A stretch of 61,914 nucleotides of DNA, counting the filler, from Chiloscyllium plagiosum (Eukaryota), in assembly GCF_004010195.1 (NCBI RefSeq). It is 4 parts of one record of this genome, joined end to end, with 100 filler letters (N's around TTAATTAATTAA, not from the genome) between each part and the next. Parts side by side here need not be neighbours in the genome. Positions count along the whole stretch, not along the records: positions 12,044 to 41,386 come from NC_057711.1; 3 more parts are not named here. The stretch is one strand, 5' to 3'. Below the pieces are notes generated by a model. It searched no databases and was not told the origin of the DNA. It worked only from the letters and a program-made list of their open reading frames with translations. Below, one piece after another: positions 12,850 to 26,609 of this stretch. Position 1 is the first letter of the stretch. Each line of letters opens with the position of its first letter. The translations under genes were made by a program, and so were the position numbers.

Positions 12850-13890
12850 GGGCCAACACTAATTGCTCATCCCCAGTTTTCCTTGAGAAAATGGGGATGA
12901 GCTGCTTTCTTGAACTGCTATTGTCCATTTTCCATTGGTGTTGGAAGGAAATTCCAGAATTTTGATCCAGTGATACTGAAGGAACAGCAATATGTTTCCA
13001 AGTCAGGTTGGTGAGTGGCTTGGAGGGGAACTTGCGAATGGTTGCATTTTTATGTATCTGCGGTCTTGTCATTCTTGATGGTTGTGGCCATAGATTTAGA
13101 AGGTGCAATGGACCCTTTGAGAATTCCTAAAATATATCATGTAGATGGTATACACTGTTGTGACTAAGTATCACTGGTGGCAGTACTAAATGCTTCTAGA
13201 TTTAATGCTAGTCATACAAGCAGCTTTGTCTTGGATGGTATCAAGCTTTGAGTGTTGTTGGAGTTGCATTCATCCCAACAAGTGGGAAATATTCCATTTC
13301 ACTCCTAATTTGTGGCTTGTAGATGGTGGACATGATTTAGGAGTCAGGTGTGAGTTGCTTGCTGCAAGGTTTCTAGCACAGACCTGCTCTTGTAGCCACA
13401 GTATTATTTATGTCTAGTCCAATCAGCTTCTGGTAACCTGCGAGATGTTGATAGTGGGAGATTCAGTGATTGCGATGCCATTACGTGTCAAGGGGTGATG
13501 GTTAGATTCTCTCTTGTCAGAGATGGTCATTGCCTTACACTTATGTGTGCAAATGTTACTTGCTACTCGTCAGCCAAAGCTTGAACATTGTGTGAGTCAT
13601 GCTGCATTTGTGCATAAACTGCTTCAGTATCTGAGGACTCACAAATGGTACTGAACGTTGTGCAGTCATCAGCAAACATTCCCACTTCAGACCTTGCAAT
13701 GGAGGGAAGGTGATTGATGAAGCAGCTGAACAAGCACTACCCTGAAGAACTCCTGTAGAAGCTGAGATGTCTGACTTCCAAACACCGCAACAATCCTACT
13801 CTGTGCTATGTACAGCTCTAGACAGAGTTTACCCCATGATTCATATTGATTCCACGTTTGCCGGAGTTGGTGCTATACTTGAATCAAATG
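12850..13890 (-). mobile_element. degenerate CR1/L2-group LINE 3' part
   Basis: Same family as 965-1750 (shared blocks such as GCTTCAGTATCTGA and TTCCCACTTC). Confidence 0.65.
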
Positions 13891-14465
13891 CAGTTTTTTC
13901 TGACACTTTTTCTGTTCTCTTCCATTTCTTGATGGCATAGATTGGTATATGACAATGCACACATAGAGTAAATAAATGAACTAATTGTAACATATTAATG
14001 TTTAAAATGCCATCATGTATTCAGGGAAATGCCTTCGTCTGTGAAATTTGGGTCTGCATTAGGTACTGTATTGGCTTCAGTTTTACCAGTCCTTCCTGTA
14101 GACCAGATTCTCTATGCCTTACAATCAGACTAGGGATTTAACTTTGGATTTGTAGAATTTTAGTTAACTCTAATATATTAATGTAATGCTATACATTAAT
14201 AATCTTAATTTACTCATACATTCTCATACAATAATGAGTTGAAGATACGGACATTCAGCAAAGATTAATGATTTCTGGTTTACATTTAACATCAACATGA
14301 CTACCATTGTTAAAACACAAAGTTGAAGAGACCAGACCATATGATTATGTATTTATGGTTTCGATCATTGGGTACAATGTAGGTCCAAAGCTAAATAGAT
14401 AAAAGGCCAGGAGGAGTGTAGTTGAGAGGAGAATGTGCGATGGAGCTCAGTATGAAGTGATGCAG

Positions 14466-15929
14466 GTGAAAGTGAGGACTACAGATGCTGGAGATCAGAG
14501 TTGAGAGTGTGTTGCTGGGAAAGCACAGCAGGCCAGGCAGTATCCGAGGAGAAGGAGAATTGACGTTTCGGGCATAAACCCTTCCTCAGGAATGAGGCTT
14601 GTGGACTGGGGGGCTGAGAGATAAATGGGAGGAGAGTAGATCTGGGGGAAGGTAGCTCAGAATGCAATAGGTAGATGAAGGTGGGGGAGAAGTGATAGGT
14701 CGGAGAGGAGGGTGGAGTGGATAGATGGGAAAGATCAAGAGGGCAGTGCTGAGTTGGAGGCCTGGGACTGGGATAATATGCAGGTGGGGAGAAAATGAGG
14801 AAGCTGTTAAAATCCACATTTATCCCATGTGGTTGCAGGGTTCCAAGGCAGAATATGAGGCGTTCTTTCTCCAGGCGTCAGGTGCTAATGTTTTGGCGGT
14901 GGAGGAGGCCCAGGAGCTGTGCTGAGAGTGGGGTGTGGGCTGGTGGGGGACATGGATCTGACAAGGGAGTCATGGAGGGAACAATCTCTCCAGAACACTG
15001 ACAGGGTTAGGGAGGGAAATATATCCCTAGTGGTGGAATCTATTTGTAGGTGGCGGAAGTGGCAGAGGATGATGCAATGTATACAGAGGTTGATGGAGTG
15101 GAAGGTGCGGACTGGGGACTCTGTCCTTGTTGCATTGGAAGGGATGGATTTCAAGGATGGAGGTGAGAGAAGTGGAGGAGATGCACTGGAAGGCATCATT
15201 GACCACATGGGAGGGGAAATTGTGGTCTTTGGAGAAGGATACCATCTGGGATTTTCTCTGGTGGAACTGGTCATCCTGGGAACAGATGTAGCAGAGGCAG
15301 AGGAATTGGGAATAAGGGATGGCATTTTTACAGGAGGCAGGGTGGGAGGAGGTGTAGTCTATGTAGCTGTTGGAGTTGGTGGGTTTTTAGTAGCTGTCTG
15401 TGATTAGTTGGTCACTGGGGATGTATATGGAGAGGTCCAGGAAGGGGAGGGAGGTGTCCGAGATGGTCCAGGTGAATTTGAGATTTGGGTGAAAGATGTT
15501 AGTGAAGTTGATGAACTGTTCGAGATTTGGGTGAAAGATGTTAGTGAAGTTGATGAACTGTTCAACCTCCTCGTGGGGGCATGAGGTGGCGCCAGTACAG
15601 TCATCGATGAAGCAGAGGAACAGGTGGGGGGTGGTGCCTGTGTAGCTACGGAAGAAGGGCTCTTCCAAGTACCCAACAAATAGGCAGGCATAGCTGGGGC
15701 CCATGCAGGTGCCCATGGCTACCCCTTTGGTTTGGAGGAAGTGGGAGGATTGGAAGGAGAAGTTGTTCAGGGTGATGCAGCATTGATTCCACGTTTGCTG
15801 GAGTTGGTGCTATACTTGAATCAAATGTACCCAACAAATAGGCAGGCATAGCTGGGGCCCATGCAGGTGCCCATGGCTACCCCTTTGGTTTGGAGGAAGT
15901 GGGAGGATTGGAAGGAGAAGTTGTTCAGG
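14466..15929 (-). mobile_element. 5'-truncated Penelope-like element (RT fragment to 3' end) with 9-bp flanking repeat GTGATGCAG
   Basis: MGTCMGPSYACLFVGYLE...FIDDC...FTWTISDTSLPFLDL (PLE RT). Hammerhead-like core on - at ~14562-14589. GTGATGCAG at 14457-14465, 15772-15780 and 15930-15938. Internal 42-bp tandem duplication at 15480-15563. Confidence 0.88.
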
Positions 15930-16051
15930 GTGATGCAGCAAAGTATACCTTCTGCTTACAGGTCAGGACCTTTACTGTGTATGATTATCTACACAAATAA
16001 TTAATTCTTATGCAAATAAGACAGTAAAATGTTCACATACTTTACAGTGTA

Positions 16052-17366
16052 AGGGACAAGATGTATATATATTTGGAAAGGCAAGGACTGATTACGGATC
16101 GTCAACATGGCTTTGTGCATGGGAAATCATGTCTCACAAACTTGATTAAGTTTTTTGAAGAAGTAACAAAGAGGATTGATGAGGGCAGAGCAGTAGATGT
16201 GATCTATATCGACTTCAGTAAGGTGTTTGACAAGGTTCCCCATGGAAGACTGGTGAGCAAGTTAGATCTTATGGAATACAGGGAGAAATAGCCATTTGGA
16301 TACAGAACTGGCTCAAAGGTAGAAGACAGAGGGTGGTGGTAGAAGGTTGTTTTTCAGACTGGAGGCCTGTGACCAGTGGAGTGCCACAAGGATCAGTGCT
16401 GGATCCATTACTTTTTGTCATTTATATAATTGATTTGGATGTGAGCTTAAGAGGTATAGTTCGTAATTTTACAGATGACACCAAAATTGGAGGTGTAGCG
16501 TACAGCGAAGAAGGTTACCTCAGATTACAATGGGATCTTGATCAGATGAGCCAGTGGAATGGCAAATGGAATTCAATTTAGATAAATGTGAGGTGCTGCA
16601 TTTTGGGAAAGCAAATCTTAGCAGGACTTATACACTTAATGGTAATGTCCTAGGGAGTGTTGCTGAACAAAGAGAACTTGGAGTGCAGGTTCATAGTTCC
16701 TTGAAAGTAGAGTCGCAGGTAGATAGGATAGTAAAGAAGGCATTGGTATGCTTTCCTATACTGGTCAGAGTATTGAATACAGGAGTTGGGAGGTCATGTT
16801 GTGGCTGTACAGGACATTGGTTAGGCCACTTTTGGAATATTGCATGCAATTCTGGTCTCCTTCATATCGGAAAGATGTTGTGAAACTTGAAAGGGTTCAG
16901 GAAAGATTTGCAAGGATGTTGCCAGGGTTGGAGGATTTGAACCATAGTGAGAGGTTGAATAGGCTAGGGCTGTTTTCCCTGGAGCATCAGTGGCTGAGAG
17001 GTGACCTTATAGAGGTTTATAAAATCGGGAGGGGCATGGATAGAGTAAATAGATAAGATCTTTTCCCTGGGGTGGGGAGTCCAGAACTAGAGGACATACG
17101 TTTAGGGTGAGAGGGGGAAGACATACAAGAGACCTATGAGGCAACCTTTTCACGCAGAGGGTGGTGCGTGTGCCAGAGAAAATGGTGGAGTTTAATACAA
17201 TTGCAACATTTAAAAGGCATCAGGATGGGTATATGAATAGGAAGAGTTGGGAGGGATAGGGGCCAGGTGCAGGCAGGTGGGACTAGATTTGGTTGGGATA
17301 TCTTGTCAGCATGGATGAGTTGGACTGAAAGGTCTGTTTCCGTGCTGTACATCTCTATGACTCTAT
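16052..17366 (+). mobile_element. CR1 (HER1-like) LINE, 5'-truncated ORF2 plus 3' UTR
   Basis: QHGFVHGKSCLTNL, IYIDFSKVFDKVPH, GVPQGSVL, FTDDTK, RPLLEYCMQFWSP; tail CTCTATGACTCTAT. Confidence 0.93.
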
Positions 17367-19469
17367 AATTGCAGTAAGTTCAGCAATTAAAACACTGTGA
17401 AGGTACATCCTCTTTATCCACTTTCAAATTACTTCGATTACAATCATTTGCTGATTGGTAGTCTGCTGTAGACAACTAAGAGCAAAATATTGAATACTTC
17501 ACATTGATTATGTAACATCAGAGATTTATACTTCTGGTGAAATAGTACGCTGAGTTCATGAAGAACATTTGAAGTCCGGGGGCTATCCATCAAATGAATT
17601 GGCTGATATTTTAGTTTGCTGTTTAAAAAAAGGGAATATCAGCAATAAGTTACATATATTCACTTATAACCTGTGATGACATTTGTTCTGAAAGGACCAT
17701 TAAAGCCCCTTCCAATCACTAAGATTCCACTTCATGTGAATTGGGGTAGGAGCAGCTTATAAACTTTGTATGATCTGTGATTTATCATAATTGACTTACA
17801 TCTGATATTTAAATATTACATCGGAATCATCAATTTTCAGTGCAATGTTCAGATTCAAGAACATTGTCAGTCTGTTTGTGAGTACATGCAATTTTGTCGA
17901 AGCTAATGCCTTTGGGTCTCAATGACATTGTCAGAAATTTTCCTTGATCCAAGACAGCAGTGGAATGTTGCTGGTGTTTCAGCAATCTCCAGTCCTTGCT
18001 GCATAAGAGCTTTCCTTTATATAGAACATAAACTAAAGCTGTTGGTTTATAATTGCAAACCACGTAAATTTTTGTTATATTGTGTACTTAAGAATTCTGC
18101 ACTCCTTTCAGTGCTGCTAAATCCACATAAATGTAGAATTTGTAAATGCGATTGGAAAACTTAGGTTCTTTCTTTAACATAAGCATCATTCACAACACCA
18201 AAATCACTGCTAAGAATATCCATCATCTTGCAGTAAAATGTTTGGAATCAGAAAATTAGATGGAGAACCAGAAGGCTGGTCTTGGCTGATTTGACCTCCC
18301 ATTCCATCAAACACTGCACTTTGTGATACTTTGATTATGTCTGCCCGTATTAAGGGAAACCAAACCATCCTGGTTGTGCACTGGGACTCTGCCTCATAAT
18401 ATATAGCATTGTACAGATGAAAAGTTGTCATTCCTGCCCCAGTTAATGACATTTACTTTCTTCCTCTCTGTCTCTCTCGACAATATTCCATTCCTGGAGT
18501 TAGTGCTGGTGACTGGAACATCCCTGGGATTTATGTTGGCCCATGGTCATGCCTGGCAAAGTACTGTAGTAGCTTTCTATTGCTTTCTGCAGCAATGCTG
18601 GCCAGGGAACTCACCCACTTGCACCAGGTGTTTTGGAAGGATTTACAGACTGGCAATCAATCTGTTAACCATGTTAAGAGCACACCTTCCTTTGCCATCA
18701 AACTTGGAGTGGAACTTAAACCTAAAGCTTCTGACACAAAGAAAGGGTCTCTACCTTCAAATGTTTTGTTGGCCAGCATTTAACTCAGAGATGTTTCAGA
18801 GAACATGGTGTTGTGCTCCAAATGCAATTAGTTTGAATGTGTAAGAAGTGTTTCAATGAAAATTCCTCATTCACCTTCATATCCAACGGTATTTCAAAGA
18901 TTGTGGCCAGACATTGTGTTATTTCCTCTTTCACTTTCCTCAAAATTCTTGGCCATATGTATCAGAGTTTTATATGTATTTCTTGTTATATTTCAGTAAT
19001 ATTTTCTTATCTCTACCCCAATACCATTCAATCAACATACTCCTTCTCTTCTGTCGCACCTCCACCGTGTTTGGGCCTTGGTGCTTTCTGATGACTGTAC
19101 AGGTACTGGATGGATCTAGTGTAAGAATGTCGATGTATTCAGAAACTGAGTATCTATCTTTTATTCCAGCCTACTGCTACTTTTAGTTATCACCTCACCC
19201 TAATCAGCAAAGTGACAAGGCAACAATTGTGTGGGTTAGGAACTCACTTCTATTCAATTTTCACCCAACCCAAATCCCAGCTGAAGAAATAACCTGTTCA
19301 ATTAAGACTTTATCCCAGGCCTTTACAACAAAACTGTAAAAGCCTTGACAGCCCTCTAAATTGGTGTGGGGTAGGGGTTGAGACCAACGCTGTGTGCACT
19401 AATGTTTACCAAGTCACTATCGCTGCCAACTTGTTTTCTTCAATTTGGCTTGACACTCAGAGAGCACAG

Positions 19470-20200
19470 ATATCTACAGCACAGAAAAACTCCCTTCAAC
19501 CCATTGCATCTATGTTGGTCAAAAGCAACCACTTAAATATTCTAATCCAATTTTCCACCACTTGGCACATAGTGTTGTATGCCTTGACATCAAGTGCACA
19601 TTTAAATACTCCTTAAATATTATGAGAGTTTCTGCCTCTACCACCTTTACAGCAGTGAGTTCCAGATTCCTACCACCTTCTAGTAAAAAAGCTTTTCCTC
19701 ATATTGCTTCTAAATCTCGTGTGCCTTATTTTAAATCTATGTCTGTTGATCATTGATCCCTCCATCAAGGGGAGAGATTTCTTCCTGTCTACCCTGTCTA
19801 AGTCCCTCACTAATTTATACATTTCGATCATGTTCCCTCTCAATCTAAGGACAACAATTTATACATATCAATCATGTTCCCTTTCAATATAAGGAAAACA
19901 ATCCCAGTGTATTTGATCTCTTTTCATAACTGAAACTGTCCAGCCCAGGTAACATCCTAGTGAATCCCTTCTGCACCCTCTCCAATTTTGTCTTACCCCC
20001 CTAAAATGTGGATTCCAGAACTGCACACAATATTGCCTAACAAACATTTTATCTAGTTCCAGCATTACCTCCCAGTTCTTAAACATTATGCCTCAGCTAG
20101 TAAAGGAATGTATCCCACCTAACCACTTTGTCTACCTGTCCTAATAATTGAAGGGACCACTGTATATCCACACCAAGTCCCTCTGATCTTCAATCATACT
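19470..20200 (-). mobile_element. CR1 3' fragment
   Basis: Minus ORF 19868-20086 VMLELDKMFVRQYCVQFWNPH. Confidence 0.7.
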
Positions 20201-22006
20201 AGTGGTCGCCATATATTCTCTATCCTAATCATCCATTTGGCCAATGTTCCTGACAAGCACATCTTGTTTCTAAGAGTTAAGGATTGTTGATCATAACTTT
20301 ATAATCCAGCATTTTCACTTGAACACTGAGTAAATTTATATACGGTTGTTCTTAACCTCTACTGGCCACACAAGGGAGTACATGTGTATCATAAAAACAC
20401 ATTATGTCTGAGAAACCAATGAACACTAATTGGTTTCAACAGCTTACCACCAAGGGTCAACACACAATCATGTACAATTAAATTATAGTGAATACTAAAT
20501 CACTGTGTGATTGTCTAGTCCACTTTGTCTTGAAATGGAAAGGTTAGCCCCTTGTTTCAAACCTCATTATATTCATTTTAATGAATAATGGGTCCTTGGA
20601 AGCAATTGCAAACTATCAATCGAATCTTTGAAAGCAAAGTTCAAGCAGTTTATTATCAGCGTCTGAATTCCAGAGTTGAATTCCAAATAATGTAAACCTC
20701 CTGGGATGAATGCTGTTTTATATAATTTTGCATGCTACTGAGAGATCTATGGTAATCTACATAATTAATTATGAGAGAAGGGATTTGAGGCCTCCAAGGA
20801 AGCAAGCAATATTTTTTAACAAGATGAGCTTTAACAGCAAACTATATGGTGACAATGTGGGGTCCACCTGTAAAGAAGTCTAAAATTTGCATATTTATCA
20901 AAGTGGCTCTCTAATGTTTCTCCAGCACTTTGTTTCAACATTTTTTGATCATGATGCATTAACTTATCAATAGGTTAAATCATTGAGATTAAGCTTTAAA
21001 TATTAACAATGTGCAATACAAAATGGAAGGAGCCACAACTTCCACAAAACTTGCAAATGACAAATACTGGTCCAACTTACCTTATATACATCAAAATGGA
21101 GTTCCAGTGTGACCAGTATTTTAATTTCCAAGTATGACTGGCCTTTATACTGTTTTATTCCAGCTAGGAAAAGCTATCTAATTGTTACAGACCAATCAAT
21201 TTAACTTGCACCAGAAGTTTAAAGGAATATTGTCAGACATTTCTGATTACTATAAACTGGCTCAGTAGTTACATGAGCTAAATGGCCTCAACTAATCTTC
21301 TTATAAATACTGAAGAAAAACACAGGCCTATGAAAATCCTTTGACATATTATGGAAATCTACAATGCAACACATTGAAAGTCTTGTTCCAGGATCTCTGC
21401 TTCAACAAACATCATCCTCATAGGAGAGATGAGCAGACACAAGTTGAGAGATTGCCCTTTTGTCGTCTTCTTTGAAGTGTATAAAAAAGTGCAACTAATC
21501 TCTATATGGCACCAAAGTTAGGGGTCTGTATTCAGACTGTCAAGCAAATGTTTGGTAGTGAGGAGAATGTGAACAATTATATCACATTTAGGAAAATTGC
21601 TACCTTCTGGTAACTTATGGTGGTATTCAACAGAGTGAGGGGAAAGAATTTTTAAGGTTTAACAGGACAAAATCTAATAACCTTGCATTGACATTCAACA
21701 ATACTTAAACCTATACCATCAGTAACCTGGGGTGATCAATAACCAGGAGTCCAGGTACTGAAGATCTGTGCAATTATTTCAGGGGGTCACAGAAGCCACA
21801 CAGATCAGTCAGGGGACCAATCACACATGAATCAGGGTTGTTCAACCAAATTGGTCAGATAGTTGGGCCGCGATCAGGCCAGGAGGAGATCAGATCGATG
21901 AAAGTCAAGAGTTGGTGATCAGGGGCTCCTGTTGTGGTAGGGACATTGGAGAAATCAATTCTGGGGTGATTGGATGCTGGGATGAAGAAGGGACAATAAT
22001 TTGGAG

Positions 22007-22350
22007 TGGCGCGGTGGTACAGTGCTTAACACTGCTGCCTCACTGGAAAGACACAGATTCAATTCCAGCCTTAGGCATCTGTCTGTATGCAGTTTGCGTG
22101 TTCTCCTTGTGTCTATGCAGGTTTCCTCTGGATGCTCCATTTCCTCCCCAATCCAAAGATGTGCAGGTTAGGTGGAGTGGCCATGAAAGAAATTGCCCCA
22201 TAATGTCCATGGATGTAAAAACCCATATGGGGTTATGGGATAGGGTGAGGGGGAGGTGGAGGAGTGATGGTGATAGGATGTACATTGGAGGGTTAGTGCA
22301 CACTTGATGAGCTGAATCGATTCTTTCTGCACTGTAAGGATTCTATGATT
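22007..22350 (+). mobile_element. HE1-type SINE (diverged)
   Basis: tRNA head GGCGCGGTGGTACAGTG, core CAATCCAAAGATGTGCAGGTTAGG, tail CACTGTAAGGATTCTATGATT. Confidence 0.85.
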
Positions 22351-22371
22351 CCACGACTAACTCAATTGAAC

Positions 22372-22880
22372 TAAAAATCACACAACACCAGATTATAGTC
22401 CAACAGGTTTGGGCGGCATGGTGGCACAGTGGATAGCACTGCTGCCTTATAGTGCCAGAGACCCGGGTTCAATTCACACCTGAGGCGACTCTCTGTGTGG
22501 AGTTTGCACATTCTCCTTGTGTCTTCGTGGGTTTCCTCCGGGTACTCCGGTTTCCTCCCACAATCCAAAAATGTGTAGGTTAGATGAATTGGCCATGCTA
22601 AATTGCCCGTAGTGTTAGGTGAAGGGGTAAATGTAGGGGAATGGGTCTGGGTGGGTTGTGCTTCAGCGGGTTGGTGTGGACTTGTTGGGCCGAAGGGCCT
22701 GTTCCCAAACTGTAAGTAATCTAGGTTTAATTGGAAGCTCTAGCTTTCAGAGCACCACCTGATGAAGGAGCAGCACTCCGAAAGCTAGTGCTTCCAATTC
22801 AACCTGTTGGATTATAACCTGGGTGTTGTGTGATTTTTAACTTTGTACAGCCCAGTCCAATACCAGCGTCTCCAAATCAT
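22372..22880. mobile_element. palindromic Penelope-derived non-autonomous element, interrupted by an HE1 SINE
   Basis: AAAATCACACAACACCAG..TCCAACAGGTT is inverted at AACCTGTTGGA..GGTGTTGTGTGATTTT. Centre has CTGATGAAGGAG..CTCCGAAAGCT. Confidence 0.7.
22411..22722 (+). mobile_element. HE1 SINE with AGGTTT target-site duplication
   Basis: Full tRNA head, core and TAATCT tail; AGGTTT on both sides. Confidence 0.92.
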
Positions 22881-23229
22881 GTCAACTGAACTAACTACAC
22901 AAATATTGTGGCTACAAGAGTTTGGCGTTCTGTAACTGCTGACTCCAATGTCTTTCGACCATCTACAAGATACAAGTCAGGAGTGTTATGGTATAATCCT
23001 CACTTGCCTAGGTGAGTACTGCTCCAACAACATGCAAAAAATCCAACACCAAGAGACACTTGTTTAACACTGCATATATAGCTTCAGCATTCACTCACTC
23101 CACCATAGATGCTCAGTGGTAGTAGTGTAAGATGCACTGCAGCAACTCACCAGGACTCCTTCCACAACAACATCTGAATCCAAAACCTCTGTCATTGAGA
23201 AGAACAAGGACATTCATCGCATTTTTCTA

Positions 23230-23555
23230 GTCACTCACGGGATGTGGGCTTCAGTGGTTAGGCCATCATTTATTACCCATCCCTAATTGCCCAGAGAGCA
23301 GTTAAGAGTCAACCACAATGCTCTGGGTCTGGAGTCATATGTAGGCCAGACCAGGTATGGATGGCAGTTTCCTTCCTTAAAGAACAGATGAGTTTTCCAG
23401 CAATTGACAATGATTTCGTGGTTATCATTTGACTCTTAATTCCAGATTTTTCTTTATTGAATTCTAATTCCACCATATGCTATACCAGTATTCAAACCTA
23501 TGTCCCCAGAATATTACCTGCATCTCTGGATGGATAGTCCAGTGATAATACCATG
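23230..23555 (-). mobile_element. tRNA-derived SINE with a LINE-type tail
   Basis: Minus strand begins GGTATTATCACTGGACTATCCATCCAGAG with B-box GGTTTGAATAC. It ends with a GGGCAATTAGGGATGGG..CCCACATCCC tail resembling LINE ends near 12850 and 34440. Confidence 0.6.
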
Positions 23556-25060
23556 AGATTTCCCTAGCACCATCACTGGTGAATTACTCTACATTTCTGG
23601 CTTAGAACTATATCACCATTTATTCACTGTCACTCCTGGAACTCCCTCCACCATAGGTGTACTCCACTCTGTGGACTGCAGTGAAATAAGATACTATTGT
23701 GGAGGAAACGGATGAGTTTAGTGACATAAAAGAACAGCGATATACTTGCAGGTCAGAATGGTGAGTGGGTTGGAGGGGAACTCATAAGTCCCCATGCACC
23801 TGAAGCCCTTTTCCTTCAAGATGGTAAGTTACTCAGGAGTGTGGAGCTCAAAGTGAAAACCAATTCTGCCCACATAAACGCACTCTCAAATGGTGTTAAT
23901 GGATAATGATCAGCAGCAAAGACCCTTTCTGAGTTTTCCTCCAATTCGGTGTGCCGATATGACTTATAACACTTTCAAGGTGATCCTTACTGAGATCAGT
24001 TAACTCAGCATACTCCTGAATCTGCACTTGAAATAATTTATTACGCGTCTCAATGTATCCCTGCATTTGAATGCAACCTCACACAAATCTCCTGTTTGAG
24101 GAATAGTGTAAAATTAAATTGAGTAGTCTAGATGCTGCAGCATCTATGTCATTTCTCTAATTCCTTTCTCTGGGGTCATTTTCAGGCCAGGGACCAGCTC
24201 TGTGTTTTCTGTCACTCATAACATTTTTATGGCATAGTTACAATTCATAGTAAAAATAGAAAAGATTCTGTAACAGCAGGGTCTTAAATACCCAATGTCT
24301 GAAATGCATGAATGCTATTTGAGTGGTTTGACACTTTAATTTTCTTACTGAAAGGAGAAATTTACAGGTTTTATATTTGTAGATGGGGACAGAGAAGGTG
24401 TGGGGAAGTGTGGTGGTACTGTGCATAGGGATAGTATTGTACATTTCATGCATCTCAGAGTCATGCAGAAATAACATCAGTTTCTAAGAGTTCAATTTAA
24501 AATAGGTGCAATCACAAAAGTCTGCATTCCTGCTTCCAGCTCAGCTTCTGGTAACTTCTGTGATGTATGTTTACTCTCCTGTGACTCCAGACCAGGCTTA
24601 ACAAATCAAACACAATGAGTCTAAATCAGATACTAGGTTCACGTAATCGTAGGACAATTAAACATTGAACGCTATTGCAGAAATTTATGATTTATTTTGT
24701 TTCTGCTTTTCACCTGCTCAAATGGACAGGAAAGCTGTATGTGTTTGTGACGGCAAGGTAGGCTGGGAATTGGGGGCAAACTTGGTGGGCGGTGACAATG
24801 CAACAGGAAGAGAACAACAATCAAGAGAGAGGAACAGAGAGACCTTTTGATCAGTGCTAACCACTTGAAGAGGGAACGCAAGCGGGCCACTACTCCAATC
24901 CCAAAGCAGCTCCAATCTTCATTTTCTGAATCCCAATGCCATGGAGGCACAGATGACAATTGTTAAGATTGATTCATTTCCAATAATGTTAATATGTTAA
25001 TGTTAAAATGTCAATGAAGTGTCCTGCATGACATGGTACCTGACACTGAGAATAGTTTAG

Positions 25061-25248
25061 AGCTGAAAAATGTGTTGCTGGAAAAGGAGCAGGAGAATCG
25101 ACGTTTCAGGCATAAGCCCTTCTTCAGGAAGTGCTTATGCCCGAAACGTCGATTCTCCTGCTCCTTGGATGCTGCCTGACCTGCTGCGCTTTTCCCGCAA
25201 CACATGTTTCAGCTCTGATCTCCAGCATCTGCAGTCCTCACTTTCTCC
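25061..25248. mobile_element. 188-bp inverted-dimer Penelope-derived insertion with 17-bp TSD
   Basis: CACTGAGAATAGTTTAG at 25044-25060 and 25249-25265. Internal head-to-head TCGACGTTTCAGGCATAAGC / GCTTATGCCCGAAACGTCGA. Confidence 0.85.
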
Positions 25249-26339
25249 CACTGAGAATAGTTTAGGCATGTATTTCCTTTCTTAGTATTTAATTACCACC
25301 ATATACTGTGAAACTTCTTCCCATCCTGTGGGGATCTATGTCAAAGCCATGATATGTATTTGACACTTTCTTTCAGTTCATTTTCTGGCATCCCAAATAT
25401 CTTAATGAAAATTGATAGTAATCAGTATAGGTAAAAAAGAAATGATCTGCCGACATGCATATGAAGCATTTTTTTTTCATCCTCACGTAATGTTGGTTGC
25501 AATCTCCCCACCTCCTGAATGACATGGACTTTGGTAAGAAAATTAGAAAAATTGGGTAAGATTAACAGTGACAAGATTCTTGATGTTGAGAGCAAAATGT
25601 CTTGTTTTCCAACTAACTGTTGAATGGTAAGATGAGAATAACACTAACAAGTGAAGAGAGACCCTTAGTATGCATTACTATCTCAGTACAGTAAATTTTG
25701 CCACAGTGATATGCAGTTTCCTGTTCTCCTACCTGCCAGGTAGAAGCTAGACTGTGACAATTCTGACACGAGAGTCAGAATGGTTCCCAGGTGACTCCAG
25801 CTCATCATTTCCTCCTCTGGCCCCAATGTTAGAGCTGTGGGGATCGACAGTACAGAAAAAGGTTCTTTCATCCATTAAGTCAGCACCAGTCAAAAACAGA
25901 CACAATTTACTATTCCAATTCTATTTTCTAGCACTTGACCCATAGTCTTGTATGTATTGACATCACAAGAGCACATGTAAATAATACATAACTGTTACAA
26001 GCGTTTCAACCTCTACCAGATCTACCAGTCAATCTCCTCTGCTCTAAGGAACACAGCCCAAAGCTATCCAAACCCTCTTCAAAACTAAAAATCTCCAGCC
26101 ACTTTTTGGACACCAAGCACTAACATCTCAGGTCATGCTTCATGGGGCAGTGACCGCATGCACCCTATGTCCATGGACGTTGACATTGGATATGTACCAG
26201 CTTCATCACATTATTGTGGCACATCTCCAACCCTCATACAATCTGGTTGTGCTCTTCAATGTTGTGCTTTGGAGCACACTGACACATTTCATTGCAAAGT
26301 TGTGCTCAGTATATCTTGTGTGCATAGACAACCATTGAT

Positions 26340-26460
26340 CTCATCGATTGTGCAGGGACCATCTCTGGGCACTGCATGGCAAGCAATTGGGCAACGTAGA
26401 TCAATTTCCATACCTTGGGAGCCTCTTCTCAGGAAGAGCAGACATTAATCCAAACATCAA
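26340..26460 (+). mobile_element. RTE-type LINE fragment
   Basis: LHGKQLGNVDQFPYLGSLFSGRADI matches the post-RT motif of RTE elements. Confidence 0.5.
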
Positions 26461-26609
26461 TTCGAATTTTGGATTATCTGAACAAGGTCTCAAGATCCCG
26501 AAGTTTGAGATCGAAAACCGGACTCTGTCACTACCTGCAAAAACTCTCTTTCAAAGACAGACTGCCCACCAGTGACCTTAGCAACTTTTCTCCTGCTTTG
26601 CTTCTGTCA

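Noticed and set aside
24722..24757. MDRKAVCVCDG(K) followed by GTAGG, resembling a metallothionein exon 1
   Set aside because: No matching Cys-rich exon 2 or 3 and no MRE-rich promoter found nearby; likely chance.
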